A DNA stretch of 64,000 bases from Nemertoderma westbladi (taxonomy: Eukaryota; Animalia; Xenacoelomorpha). The stretch spans positions 17,756 to 81,755 of the forward strand of contig JAUCBJ010003120.1 of the NCBI GenBank assembly GCA_032718475.1, given 5' to 3'. Of this stretch, positions 27,242-39,945 are shown in pieces. The notes under the pieces are model-generated. The model saw only the letters and a list, made by a program, of their open reading frames with translations, was not told the DNA's origin and searched no databases. Position numbers and translations under genes: made by a program. Positions within the stretch are counted from its first letter, which is position 1. Every line of letters starts with the position of its first letter.

Positions 27242-27424
27242 GTAAATAACCAACTAGTTCTTTTAATATTAACTAATTAAATGTTATTACTGACTTTAAG
27301 CATGTTTACTTAATTTAAATCTGACCAACCCCTGTTATATTAATTGAAATCTTGTTATTTTTCTTTGCCCTAAAGCAGCTCCTATTGCATTCTATTTATT
27401 ATAATTCATATTTTCGTCCCACAG

Positions 27425-27958
27425 AATTGGCTGAATCGGCTTCCTCACCATTCCTCGTTCCAACCTCCAATCACTTCGCTCTTCCACCAGGCCTCCCTCT
27501 TTCCAACATCCGCGCGCTAACGGCTCCCACCTCCCTCACTAACACATCCGTCCCCCAGCTGTGTTTACCCCAGGGTAACCAAGGCAACCTCACTGCCCTC
27601 TCGGGTCTACCGTTTCCATTTGCGTTGCCAGGACTACCAAACATGACCGGACAGTCCGGATTAACTACTGTGTCCGGACTTCCACTAATGCCCGGGCTAC
27701 CTTCTGTGCCCGGGTTGGCAACAATGTCCGCACTGCCGTCTATGCCCGGTATACCAGGTCTACCGAATATGTCCGGATTGGCCAATCTGCCCGGCCTTTC
27801 CGGACTACACAGTGTGTCCGGCCTTCCCCCCACGGTCTCTGGAGTACCCGGACTATCTCTCCCACCAGGGGTTGTGCTACTGCCAGCCGGTTCGGCCCTG
27901 CCTCCAGGAATGGTTCCCATCCAACCGATACCCAACGCGGGAATAAACAGTTCCCTAG
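27425..27958 (+). CDS. GPATCH8/ZNF804-family gene, exon F (Pro/Gly/Leu low complexity)
   Basis: CCCACAG acceptor, G|GTTAGT donor; ELAESASSP...GLPGLP-like repeats...NSSL. Confidence 0.8.
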
Positions 27959-28734
27959 GTTAGTATTAATCATAATCAAAATCATAATTTTTTGTATTTA
28001 TAGTTTAAGCGTCGTATTTATTTATTTCCCAGGGTTCGAACCCTGGTGGGATTAAACGATCAGAACTGGAGATTAACCATTGAAACTGAGAGTCTGGGCA
28101 GCGGGTAGTTCTGATTAATTTAAAGCCAGTTATATACTATTATAATAATAATATATATTTATTATGCGCCTTTACGCGATGTTCTAGGCGCTTTGGTACA
28201 AAGAAAGTATGAACATCAATATACGTAGAATAAATACACCAAACATACAGACTAATGTAATGATTGCATAAAAACTGACTGTAATATAAAATATTTAATA
28301 GATTGCACTAGATTTGCAGTAAAAATATGTAGTTCATAATAAAATCGTTACGAAATTGAGATTTTAGTATATATTCCATAATATATACTATATATATGCT
28401 ATAGGAGTATAGGCCTATATACAATTTTGATTTGAACGAATTATGTTTTTGACAGACCAATATCAAGCAAGTAAAATTATTTGGAAACAGAGAAACAACA
28501 TGTTCCTATCTGTTCAACCGTAAGTAGTCATCGTTTTATTTAAACAGGGACACAAAGCGCAACCCTGTTTAAATACTGTAAGTAAAATTATCACATGTTA
28601 CATTTAATATTTACGCTATATACTATATACTAACTATGTAACAATCAGCGTCCAAAGAAATCAGCTTTCGCGTTGCCTCTGTTGTTAAGCGTTCACCATT
28701 AAATAAACCCAATTATATGTTTAATTTGTTTCAG

Positions 28735-28955
28735 GAATACCACAACTGTCTTATTTACCTAACTCGAATCTCCTTTCTGGAGTGTCTATGAGTGGTCAGT
28801 CGGTTATCCCCCTGCCTAACTCCATTACAGCCAATCATCTAATGGGATCTCCAATCCAGTTGGGCCAACCTGGACTCCTTCAACCTCCGGGCTCCGTACC
28901 GATACCATCACACGTACTGCAACTGTTAGCGGCGAGGCGGTTGTTAGGGGAGTGA
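28735..28955 (+). CDS. GPATCH8/ZNF804-family gene, last coding exon G
   Basis: TTGTTTCAG acceptor; GIPQLSYLP...HVLQLLAARRLLGE*; AATAAA at about 29002. Confidence 0.75.
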
Positions 28956-29534
28956 GCAATCGTTGCTAGGTCATTGAGTGGGAGTGTGTGGTTGCTATGG
29001 GAATAAATTTTGGAGACTATAGTCAGATTCACCATCATTAATAGTGTTAATTTGCAATATGTTTTTAAACTCATTGAATTGAATTAATCTACCGCTATTA
29101 ATGTGAAGTTAATATTTTTATACTAAAGCTGTGCAATTATTAATTGTGTTTCTTTTCCTACTCTTCGATATTATATTATAAAATATATAATAAATTAATA
29201 ATTTCATTATTTTGTGACGCGATGCGAAAAAGTCGTGAGAGACAGGTAACTTGCTATCTGAGAGTTGCACTTACTGACTTACCGGTACGGTTACACTTCT
29301 GACATTGGAGGTGACAGACTGACTGGGTGTAGCAATGTAGACCTAGCAGGTTAGGATCAATTATAATAAGCATGGCATAATTTCATATTTAGTATAAATT
29401 TATGAATAGCCACGTATTTTATTAACGAAAATAGGTCGGTAGGTTTGGTCTTCGCCTAGGTTGTAAAGCTGTAGGTACAGCGTACAGCACATTAGGTCAT
29501 TTGTACGTTAATTCCAACGTGACATTAGATAGGT

Positions 29535-30790
29535 GTACTACTACTACTAGGATCGGCATGCTGCATTGCAGCTGCATTTTTAAGAATGCTGTGCCGGCTT
29601 GTCGACAAAATTGCACCGCCACAACTCCCTATCACCCATGACAATTGCTAGATCATCCGCATCTTCAAGGCCAGTGTCCTTTAAGATGCGTCTCAAGAAA
29701 GTCATGGGCTGTCCACCATGCTTATTCACTCCATGAGGCTGCCAAAGTACAAGATTATGCACTGGCTGGTCCTCACGGCGAAAGCAATGTCCTGCAAAGC
29801 GGAGGCGATTTTGTTCTAGTGTCAAGCTTGGGGGAACCAATGAGACACCTCCAATGTTATATAGTGTCTGGTTGGAGATGTGTGCATTGTATTTGACACA
29901 ATGAACCCGGCGTAGCATTCTTGTGAATGTGCCATCCAGAGATTTGGTGTCCTCAGCAGTTAGAGCCCAGCATGGAGTCCCATAGAGGAGTACTGGAACT
30001 ACTGTTGCTCTAAATAATCGGACCTTAAGTTTTCGATTAATTCTCGGTGACTTCCAAATCCTGGAAAGCCTATTCAGGGCTGCCCATGCCTTTCCCTTAC
30101 GTATTCGAAGGTCCTCATCTGACTTCTGGATCCATGATCCCAGGTAACAGAAGTCATCCACATGCTCAAGCATACCATCCTTTGAGCTTATGCTCATCCG
30201 GTCAGAGACTTGCTGAGGACTTTCAAAGTTAAATGTCAAAATCTTTTTGAAGTTAATAAAAAGACCAACACTAGAATCAGCCTGTTCTAATGAGCTGAGG
30301 AGCCGTTGGGCTCCCTCTAAGTGATTCTGAGAGTACTCCTAAGTCAGCAGCAAAGTCTAGATCAGTTAGGTACTTGGCAGGATTTCCTCGACTTCTGGAG
30401 CCAGTTGGTGGAGTTACCATCACCCTATCATCATTATGATGATCTAAGGACATGCGTAGCACATAGTCAACCACAATTATGAACAAGAATGGCGCAAGTG
30501 TGTCTACCTGGAGGACGCCCCATAACACTTCAAATGGTTCTGTGTCACCGTCAACAGTAGACACAAATGTTGTCGAACCATCGTATACTGATCTGATTGC
30601 TGCAATAATTTCATCAGGAATCCCATATAATGAAAGTATGGTGAACAGACGAGAGCGAGAGACTGAATCAAAGGCCTTGAAGAAGTCAACAAAGATAACA
30701 GCCAGATGCCTGCCTTTCTTTTTTGATAACTCTTCAATTATCCTTATAAGTGCCAGAATGGGCTCCATGGTCCCACCAGTATCTCAGGTG
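29535..30790 (-). mobile_element. 5'-truncated RTE-clade non-LTR retrotransposon (frameshifted RT) with (TAG)n tail
   Basis: ORFs 30277..30768 (FVDFFKAFDSVSR, GVLQVDTLAPFLF, DLDFAAD) and 29580..30239 (FCYLGS, KVRLFRATVVPVLLYG, RLRFAGHCFR); (CTA)n at about 29537-29550. Confidence 0.92.
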
Positions 30791-30906
30791 TAGGTCATGC
30801 CTTGTTAGGCCCTACAGTCCTAAAGTCTGGAGACTGTAAACATGTTCTATTGACTACTGATTTAGATGTGCTCCTTTCCCCAAGTTGATATTTAGCCATG
30901 AGGCGG

Positions 30907-32147
30907 TGTAAAAGCTTCTGTGGGATATAACTGGCCCCTTTGCTTCGCAATCCAGTTTCCCCCCAGGCGCTGGAATACTCTAAAAGGCTCTCTAACTGTA
31001 TATATATTCCCCTCGCCCGCAGGGTACCGTTATAGGTGTTTTAACGGACATAAAAGTCATTCTTCTATATACGTGCTTTGGCGGACATGGTAAGGCAAAA
31101 AACCTGCAATGCACCAAATACCTTTACACGGCTTGGCCTTGATGATTCAGATTGCGACATCTAGCAGCTGGTTGCTGGCATGGAAACAGCCATTGGACGC
31201 ATGGTTCTTTGTTTGGCTTGAGCCAATCAGAGCGATTTTTTCTGTCGACGTGTAGATATTCGGTCGATCATACTAGGAGTGTTCAGTCTTACTGTTTTTT
31301 GTGATACTGTTGTGTCATTGCTATCTAAGCCAGAAACACCGGCTCTAGAGTTAATTCGTTTCATACTTTAGAAGAAACATTAGTAGGCTTAAATTATAGA
31401 GCGTATAACTGTTATCAGTGCATATCACTGTACATATCGGTTCATATCATATCTTAACCTACCGTCTTAATGCTGTTTACTGTTGTGTTTTGGTTGAATA
31501 TTATTTGGAGAACATATATAAAGAACCCAAATTTCCCAATTTTCTTGATACACTACAGGTTAGAGAGGCGGGTTATATATAGCGATTGCGACTTATATTA
31601 TTGTGGTTTGTAGTGAATTTAATGCTATTTGATAAGCCCTACATGAGTCAATTGCTGTTCGCTTTATATATGATAAAATTCATTGACGGTCGGCAAATTA
31701 ATGAGCAGTATTGTGTGTTACCGGTAGTGTGCATGATTGTGACTGATAACTAAGCATTTCCTAAAGAATGCGCCTTATACGTGAATCATAAGCCTTACCG
31801 ACTTACCGTTGTGATTAGTATAAGTCATATCTCTGTTTATTTAGATAGAGCGCCACGTCCTAAAGGAACTGTTAATATTTCCCGAAACTGAATAATATTA
31901 GTCAGAAATTATTTATTAACGATCAATCGAATAATACAGTAGGCTTCACTGCAATAATAATCTAAGCCCTCAGAATCCAGTCTCCCGGGTATATCCAGCG
32001 GGTGAATGGACGCGCACTAGGCTGGCTTCTGCTAATGTTGTGTTTATTGGTATTAAATATTTGTCATCTTCTAAAGTATATTGATAAACCAAAAGACATA
32101 TAAATTTTGGCAGGTTAAACTGCTAAAGGTCTTCAAAAGCGCGTACA
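30907..32147 (+). repeat. 5' LTR (1241 bp)
   Basis: TGTAAAAGC...GCGCGTACA, near-identical to 42284-43524 (two substitutions spotted by eye). Confidence 0.96.
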
Positions 32148-32189
32148 ATAACAGTTATTGACTTTATTGCAGTAAGCAATAAAGTTGAA

Positions 32190-32345
32190 AGTACCGGTCG
32201 ACCGGTAAACCTGAACCGGTACTTCTGTAGGTCAGTAGGCCCAACTGCCAGAACCGGTACTGCCGTAGGTCCGTAGGTCCAACTGCCAGAACCGGTACTT
32301 CTGTAGGTCCGTAGGCCCAACTGTCCTAACCAGTACTTCCAGTAT
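32190..32345. repeat. Short degenerate repeats of about 38 bp (GAACCGGTACT...GTAGG(C/T)CCAACTG) in the retroelement leader
   Basis: Three to four copies visible. Confidence 0.7.
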
Positions 32346-32564
32346 AAGTACATTAGTATTATTCGATTTTGATTATTGTATACCGGTAGGTCTTAGTATT
32401 TAATCAGGGACTGCAGCCCTGGTTTTTTATTGAGATTTCACTTATTTCTGTCGGTTTTATTTACAAGTAAGTTAATATTGAGCTGAAGACGTGTAAGTCT
32501 GCTCAGATTGTTCAGATAATTGTAGGCCGGACTGTTGTCGGATTGTTGTTGGGTTTGGAGAGAT

Positions 32565-33600
32565 TACGGCGTGTGTAGAGTTTGTCCGATAGAGCGCCAG
32601 TTAGTAAGTTGGGGCAGCCATTGCTGTAAGGTCAATCCCCTCTTAAAGAATAAGTCGTACTACCGTGTTAGAACGCATACTAACTAACGATTTTGGAATC
32701 TGCACATACTGTAGTTTATTTAGGCTTGACAGTATTCTGCCAGCGTTTAGGCCTGTGTTTGTTTGTGTAGTCTGTCCAGGTACCGTAATAGTTATTACTC
32801 AGATATTTTGTAGGCTGGATTGTTGTCTAGCTATTATTAGGTCTGAAGAGATTGCTGCGTGTGTAGAGTTTGTCCGATAGAGTGCCAGTTAGTAAGTTGG
32901 GGCAGCCATAGCTGTAAGGTCAATCCCCTCTTAAAGAATAAGTCGTACTACCGTGTTAGAACGCATACTAACTAACGATTTTGGAATCTGCACATACTGT
33001 AGTTTATTTAGGCTTGACAGTATTCTGCCAACGTTTTGGCCTGTGTTTGTTTGTGTGGTCTGTTCAGGTACCGTAATAGTTATTACTCAGATATTTTGTA
33101 GGCTGGATTGTTGTCTAGCTATTATTAGGTCTGAAGAGATTGCTGCGTGTGTAGAGTTTGTCCGATAGAGTGCCAGTTAGTAAGTTGGGGCAGCCATAGC
33201 TGTAAGGTCAATCCCCTCTTAAAGAATAAGTCGTACTACCGTGTTAGAACGCATACTAACTAACGATTTTGGAATCTGCACATACTGTAGTTTATTTAGG
33301 CTTGACAGTATTCTGCCAACGTTTTGGCCTGTGTTTGTTTGTGTGGTCTGTTCAGGTACCGTAATAGTTATTACTCAGATATTTTGTAGGCTGGATTGTT
33401 GTCTAGCTATTATTAGGTCTGAAGAGATTGCTGCGTGTGTAGAGTTTGTCCGATAGAGTGCCAGTTAGTAAGTTGGGGCAGCCATAGCTGTAAGGTCAAT
33501 CCCCTCTTAAAGAATAAGTCGTACTACCGTGTTAGAACGCATACTAACTAACCATTTTGGAATCTACACATACTGTAGTTTACTTAGGCTTGGTGGTAGT
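32565..33600. repeat. 288-bp tandem repeat (about 3.5 copies) in the retroelement 5' leader
   Basis: ORFs 32665, 32953 and 33241 recur at exactly 288 bp. Confidence 0.95.
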
Positions 33601-34987
33601 CTGCCAGCGTTTGGTTTGTATTTCGTTTGAGTATTCTGTACGGGTAGCGTAATATTTATTATTCAGAGTTTATGCGATTATTCGCAACATTCATGTCCCC
33701 AAGTTTATTCCTACAGTAATTGTGTTTGTTACACATACCGTTATAGTTAAATTAACCCCGGTACTACACGGGCTGCTTGGCGTAGGTAAAGACTGGTGAT
33801 TTGTGCACTGGTCACTCCAGCAGATGCCGTGGTTCTTTTAACTGTTCAAGTATATTTAACTACTGATTATTTGTTGTACCAGTACTTGTACCTAATTTAG
33901 GGTTTAGTGTACAGTGCTTTCCGAAAGTAATTAGTGTGTAGGCAGTATATTTGTGTTGTAAAGTGGTTAATAGGCACGTTGGATCTGGTAGTCCGCGGTA
34001 ATTAACTTCTAGGTAGGAACACTCCGTGATACATAACGTAGTACCTATAGCGATACGGCTATAGGTCGTCAGGCGGTGGTATTTTCCTATCTGGACAGTG
34101 CAATATATTTACTACTACTTATTATTTTCAAATACCGTAGTACCCTGTCCGTTGTAATAACCAGAATTCTAACCCTTTGTTAGGCTGGTTTGTAGACTTC
34201 CTGTAAAATTACCCTAAAAATTTCGTACGTAATATTTTTGTTGTGTTTAATTAGAGATTTGATCTCACCCGTATTGTACGTAATTCGTAGATAAGTAACT
34301 TAGGCCAGTAGAATTATCTGTTTTAGTGTCTAATAAGTAGCACTTCACTGAGAGCGCACAGCTTCTGTGTAGTGACTCCCCCCAGAAATAATAACATTTA
34401 TTTCAAATATTGACAAAACCCCTTTTTAAACGGGTATATATCTATTATAAATCAACTCAAACGATTTATAAATAGTAGGCCTGCCATACAACAACTAGGT
34501 CTCAATATCAGTTGGACTACTGCTTAAATAACGGTAATAAAGTAAGTTAAAGTAACCAAGTAACCCTAAATATTCAGAAATTCAATTATTCTAAAATAAT
34601 TGACATACCGGTATTTACCATAGGCTTATTATATTTATTTCTATAAATTTGAGCTGAAATCATACCGGTATTCTGTAATTAATTCTAGTTCATAATTATA
34701 CTTATATATACTATAAGTGTAAGCTGCATACCGGTATTCACGATAGGCCTATTATATATTTATATATATTTGTGCTAAAATTATACCGGTACTCTGTGAC
34801 AAACCTAGTCTGTAATAATACTTATATATATACTATAAGCATACCGGTATTCTAATATATTATATATATATCACGCTACACTGAGTAGCAGTATCGGTAA
34901 TTAATTATTAGGCTAACAGTGATACGGAATTACTAGACTTACTTTAACTGTATTTATAGCCGTAGGCATTCAACTGTGTAAACAAAC

Positions 34988-37900
34988 ATGTCAGATTCAA
35001 CCAAATCACTGTCAGATAGTCTCTTAGAAAGTGTTAGAATGAGTATTAGACTTAGACAGCGTATTAAAAGGATCCGTGACCAAGATCCAAGTATAGAACA
35101 TCCTAGGTCCAAGTCTAAATCACCTACTATTGTCAAAAAGGCCATCCCTACAGTAGTAGTGTCAGACACTAGGCTAGTAGAACAACGTAGGTCTATCATC
35201 GGTACTCGGGCCCAAGTCAAGCGGGATCAAGAAGCAGCTGTCAAACAGCAGCAACATCCTAGCCTAGAACTTAGTTCTCAGCGGCCCGATAGCTCCAGTA
35301 GTTCGGATACTGCTGAGCGGACGCCCGAACGCGGAGCGAAGATGGTGGATACGGTTTATGATGAACGGCCAACCTATGAAGAATCAACCGACGCCACTTC
35401 TTCTCAAGTGGAAAGCGAAGTGGAAAGCGAATTAACAGCAGAGAAGCCGCGAACTAGAGACGCCATTGACATCTATCTGTCAGACTATCAGCGATTCATA
35501 GGAGACGAAGAGTTGAGGAGACGACTGTCTGGACTTCGCCCTAATAGTGAAGGAACCAAGCTTGTGTTGGACGCAATCGATGCGGAAATGTTAGCTGCGA
35601 ACCAAGCTAAATTTGATGAACGACTCCGCCTCGTTAGAGTCCAAGAAGAACAAGTAAAGAAAAGACGGATAGAGGACCGAAAGGCAGCAGCAGTAGCAGC
35701 GGCGAAAGCGGCAGCGGCAGAAGTAGAAGCAGAAAGAAAGGCAGCGGCGGCAGAAGCAGAAGCAGAAAGAAAGGCAAAAGCGGCAATGGCAGAAGTGGAA
35801 AGAAAGGCAGCTAAGGCAGTGGCAGAAGCAGAACGGAGAGCGTCTGAGGAGACTACCCAACTGGAGTTGGAATATCTGCAAGAGACGCAAGACAACATAA
35901 ATAAACAGTTAACTGCTAGTCACATGCAGATGATGAGAAGATCTACTCCCAAGCGCCAAGGATACACATCATCGGAGGAAGGCGAGACCACCGATCCTGA
36001 AGGCGGAGGAAATAGATCTCGTCTAAGCAGGCGTAGAAAAACATCTCACCGTCACAAATTGCCTGATTTGCCCCCAGCTGTTAGAAGACAACTAGCTAGC
36101 ACAGACTTAGGTAGTACAGAACCCACAGAACAAACTATTCAGGTCAAAAGACTCCCTACAATAGTTGATGAGCCTGAAATAATTAGGCCTGTCGTTACCA
36201 AAGTCACTTCCGTGCCAGAGACCCCTGTACTTCCAGAGCTTAACTCTAAATTCCCTTTACATAGTACTACACTGCCTGTACCCGGTAGAACAGTCCATGA
36301 GAATATCCCTGTCCTGGAAGCAGAGAGAGAAATCAAAGATTTGTCTCCCGTCGTCCAGCGTCGGCCCGCTACAATGTTGGCGACTCCCGCTTCGGCGGTC
36401 GAGTGGGTAGAGGAGGGACGGCGGGGGATGAATCTCCTGCTCGGACAGATGCAGGAGACTGTCCACCAACTTAAGGGAACAGTAAGGGAAGGTAGGGCCG
36501 AATTGCAAGAATTGCAGCAAAGTATCGCGCTAGAACGCGACAAATTAGTCAATATACAAAAAGGTATATCAATACCCCCTGTAACATTGTGTCAACCTGT
36601 TAGGTCTGAAGTATTACATGCGCAAGGTGTGGAGCCTACACGCATCTATACTGCTAGTGAAGTAGAAACTCCTATAGCAAACCCTATTAAGGGTGATTAT
36701 AAACCTGTTGTTAACGATATTCCCTATAGACCTGATAATGATCCGAGAAATTTATATACCGATAATTCGATATTAAATAACACGATGGCCCAAGAAAGCT
36801 TTACGCGTCAGATGGCTAGAACAGAAGCCCGCCAAGCGGTCAAAGTGGGAGAGATCGTCAAATTCAATGGAGATGAGATGAAATGGTTACCTTTCAATGA
36901 ATATTACAAAGACAGCATACAGAACTCTGTACTATCTAACGGAGAGAAACTTAGATTTCTCATCAAGTGCTTGGAAGGACCTCCCAAGTTAATGGCGTTA
37001 AAGTTTATTGGACATCCAGAAGGATTAAGACAAGTTTGGGATACATTAAACATCAGGTATGGTAACAAGGATAACATAGCTAAGTATTTGTATGCAAAAT
37101 TAGTAGCCCCCCGAAACTTCCTTAGTAGCGGTATTATAGAGTTTTCCGATGAGATTCAGGAAATCTGTAGACAATTGGACTGGTTAGGTAAGTCTCATGA
37201 ATATCAGAGTTCCATGGTTATTGCAGCAGTAGTATCTACTTTACCTAAGGGTGGAGTATGTACACGCTGGGACAAGAAAGTGTTGTACATGAATGAACAA
37301 CAACGACGAAGCCCTACCATGGCTGATCTCATGTCCTTCTTAGATAATGAAGTAAAATTACAACTCATAAAGCAGTCCAGAGAGAAAACATCGGAAAATA
37401 AGGTAAGTGAGAAACCCGTTTCTAGGAGAAGGATAATACCAGTGTGTTATACTGACGACGGCGAAAGCCAAGCTTCTCAAGAAGAGGACAGCGGGAAAGA
37501 CACAGCAAAATCTTACTATGACAATAAGACCTATAAAGACGTAAGTAAATACAAGTCTCGAACCAGTGACAGGAGAGAACAGGTAACAACAACTCCTCCT
37601 ACGTCTCCTAAGAGAATTCACGGAAGAAAGCCCGAAGAAAGAACGAGAGTGCATAACGTTACCCAAGGTAAGGTGAGTAACATCAAACCAAAATGTGCGC
37701 TGTGCGACGGGCCCCACCGTTTGAGTGCGTGTGCTGAATTTCTAAAGAAATCCCTTGTAGACAGACGTACAGTCCTGTGGAATAAGCGGTTATGCTATAA
37801 TTGCCTCAGATCAGGACACCAACGGCGAACCTGTTACTCCGACGTAAAGTGTGCAAAGTGTGGCGCGAAACATCACATCTTGTTACACAGTGAGTTCGAA

Positions 37901-39127
37901 CGAAACAACCCGAGTCAGGTAAGTGAGCCCGAACTACATGTCCAATTCAGTGATGTAAATGACACTGATCAAGAATCTGAGATGGAAGGATTCTATACTG
38001 ACGAATTCTCCGACGCCAACGAATCCTGTTACCTAATCAATACCGCGGTGTATCGAGCACTTACGTATGAAAAGGACACCGACAATGAGTTCCCCCCAAC
38101 TACCTTTGACAGACAACCATCTTGGAAAGCTCCAACTTCCAACGTAGGAATCAGAGAATTTCCTGTAGTGCAGGTAAGAGTTCACGGTCCTAACAAAAGT
38201 TACATAGTGAACGCCCTCCTTGACTCCGGCAGCACAGGAACATTCATCGATCAAGAACTAGCCGAAGATATCTTTGCTGGACAACCCAAATTCCGGACTA
38301 AATTGAATATGTCAGGAATTATGCAGGTTTGGAAATCTACCCTAACGGCAGACTACTATGTAGGTGTGTTGTCCACCCCCCAGGATAAATTAGGAGCACA
38401 AGGTATAAGGTCGGTAAAAATGGTGGCTATAAAGAACTTCGCTACTACCCAAGCAGACCTTTATAATTGGGACGAGGATGAGAGCATCCAACATCTTAAG
38501 ATACCTCGATTCCAGACAGATTATCCTGGAGTGCAAATACTCATCGGCCAAAACGCGCATGAGGCGCTCGAGACATTGGAGAAACGGCCTGCTCAACCGC
38601 AGCCACTACAAACCTATGCGGTAAGAACTAGAGTAGGTTGGTACTTCACTGGCCCTTCCCGTAGAACTCTCAAAGAGAGATTACCTCAACAACAGGTATA
38701 CCAAGTAAAGGAATGGGAAGTGGAGAGCAGTGATGTGGACGATCCAACTGAGGGAACACCATACTCCTCAGATAATGACGATATTAACTCCAATGTAGAT
38801 CAATGGAGACATTGCCTTGGGACGATTAATCCAGCCGACATCGCTTCCAGAGGAGCAACTCCTCAAGAACTGATAGATACTCCAGGCTGGTTAGGTGGAT
38901 CCGACTTCTTAAGTAAAGAAGAAGAAGAATGGCCTCCTCATCTTACCCCGGCGGAGATTAGACAGGCCAAGGGAGCGGAGAAAGTAACACAACAACTCAA
39001 TCGCCCAGCTGGTCGTTTATGTTTACTGGAAAGAGACCGAAAACTGTCCGGAAACTATGGAAGGCAAGATACTCTTCCTACGACCACTTCCCTAATCCGA
39101 CAAATATCTAGGGACTCCATAACGTAA
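34988..39127 (+). CDS. BEL/Pao Gag-protease polyprotein fused to an RNase H C-terminal remnant (1379 aa)
   Basis: Gag core (KFNGDEMKWLPFNEYY...LSNGEKLRFLIKCLEG); three BEL-type knuckles CALCDGPHRLSAC, CYNCLRSGHQRRTC and CAKCGAKHHILLH; protease ALLDSGS; WRHCLGTINPADIASRG. Confidence 0.93.
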   Translation: MSDSTKSLSDSLLESVRMSIRLRQRIKRIRDQDPSIEHPRSKSKSPTIVKKAIPTVVVSDTRLVEQRRSIIGTRAQVKRDQEAAVKQQQHPSLELSSQRPDSSSSSDTAERTPERGAKMVDTVYDERPTYEESTDATSSQVESEVESELTAEKPRTRDAIDIYLSDYQRFIGDEELRRRLSGLRPNSEGTKLVLDAIDAEMLAANQAKFDERLRLVRVQEEQVKKRRIEDRKAAAVAAAKAAAAEVEAERKAAAAEAEAERKAKAAMAEVERKAAKAVAEAERRASEETTQLELEYLQETQDNINKQLTASHMQMMRRSTPKRQGYTSSEEGETTDPEGGGNRSRLSRRRKTSHRHKLPDLPPAVRRQLASTDLGSTEPTEQTIQVKRLPTIVDEPEIIRPVVTKVTSVPETPVLPELNSKFPLHSTTLPVPGRTVHENIPVLEAEREIKDLSPVVQRRPATMLATPASAVEWVEEGRRGMNLLLGQMQETVHQLKGTVREGRAELQELQQSIALERDKLVNIQKGISIPPVTLCQPVRSEVLHAQGVEPTRIYTASEVETPIANPIKGDYKPVVNDIPYRPDNDPRNLYTDNSILNNTMAQESFTRQMARTEARQAVKVGEIVKFNGDEMKWLPFNEYYKDSIQNSVLSNGEKLRFLIKCLEGPPKLMALKFIGHPEGLRQVWDTLNIRYGNKDNIAKYLYAKLVAPRNFLSSGIIEFSDEIQEICRQLDWLGKSHEYQSSMVIAAVVSTLPKGGVCTRWDKKVLYMNEQQRRSPTMADLMSFLDNEVKLQLIKQSREKTSENKVSEKPVSRRRIIPVCYTDDGESQASQEEDSGKDTAKSYYDNKTYKDVSKYKSRTSDRREQVTTTPPTSPKRIHGRKPEERTRVHNVTQGKVSNIKPKCALCDGPHRLSACAEFLKKSLVDRRTVLWNKRLCYNCLRSGHQRRTCYSDVKCAKCGAKHHILLHSEFERNNPSQVSEPELHVQFSDVNDTDQESEMEGFYTDEFSDANESCYLINTAVYRALTYEKDTDNEFPPTTFDRQPSWKAPTSNVGIREFPVVQVRVHGPNKSYIVNALLDSGSTGTFIDQELAEDIFAGQPKFRTKLNMSGIMQVWKSTLTADYYVGVLSTPQDKLGAQGIRSVKMVAIKNFATTQADLYNWDEDESIQHLKIPRFQTDYPGVQILIGQNAHEALETLEKRPAQPQPLQTYAVRTRVGWYFTGPSRRTLKERLPQQQVYQVKEWEVESSDVDDPTEGTPYSSDNDDINSNVDQWRHCLGTINPADIASRGATPQELIDTPGWLGGSDFLSKEEEEWPPHLTPAEIRQAKGAEKVTQQLNRPAGRLCLLERDRKLSGNYGRQDTLPTTTSLIRQISRDSIT

Positions 39128-39659
39128 TAACATATGGAGTGGGCGTGTGACTATATCATTTTATATTTGTTTTTATTTTATATTTATGTATGTATTATTA
39201 TGTAATTTTATTATAATCGTTTTCTTTAATTTTATTTAGTAGAATGTTATTTTAGTGATTATTTAGTAGATTAGTGCAATATATTAGTGTTTATTACGTA
39301 CGTAATTACTTATAATATATATTTAGTGCGACGGCGAGAAAATAATTATTTTTCTCTTTCCTTACTGTCCGTATCATATTATAAATACGTGACTACAGTA
39401 AGATGAAATGTCCGTACTTCTTAAAGTACAATAAAGCCACTACTATATTCAAGTATTATTGGTAGGCAGAGTATTAGGAATGCAAAGTTCAGATCCTCGT
39501 GTCTCGGCTAAACCAAGCTCTGGGTAGACCTTGGAAACGACTTGCCTCTTCACACTGACATTGCTTCGTGCGATATTGCTCTTCTACCTTATATTAAATA
39601 ATACATATAGTAGCATGATGTCCCTCTAACAGTAGCGTAAAACGCAAATCAATCTGTTA

Positions 39660-39945
39660 AACCTTTTGACCATCTGTAATTCTAGTCGATTAAGGTATCG
39701 TGGCACCCACCGATATACTTGAAAGACAAATTCTAGAATCAGTGGTTAACGTACCCAGACAAGTTCTGGAATAAATCGGTGCCCATCTTAAATATTAATT
39801 TAATATTTATTAAAATCTGTAAAATTCAGATCCTTTAAAATTTCTAGTCAATTAAGATATCGCAGCACTTACCGATATTCTTAAAAGGCAATTTTCTAGA
39901 ATTAAGGATCCTCAGTCCCCAGACATGCTCTGGAATAAAAATTGT
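39660..39945. repeat. About 165-bp imperfect direct repeat in the retroelement's internal region
   Basis: TTCTAGTC(G/A)ATTAAG(G/A)TATCG...CCGATAT...TTCTAGAAT...CCCAGACA...CTGGAATAAA occurs twice. Confidence 0.7.

Noticed and set aside
32665-33456. Three 71-aa ORFs as a small-protein cluster
   Set aside because: They have GTG starts and are simply copies of the 288-bp leader repeat; the fourth copy degenerates.
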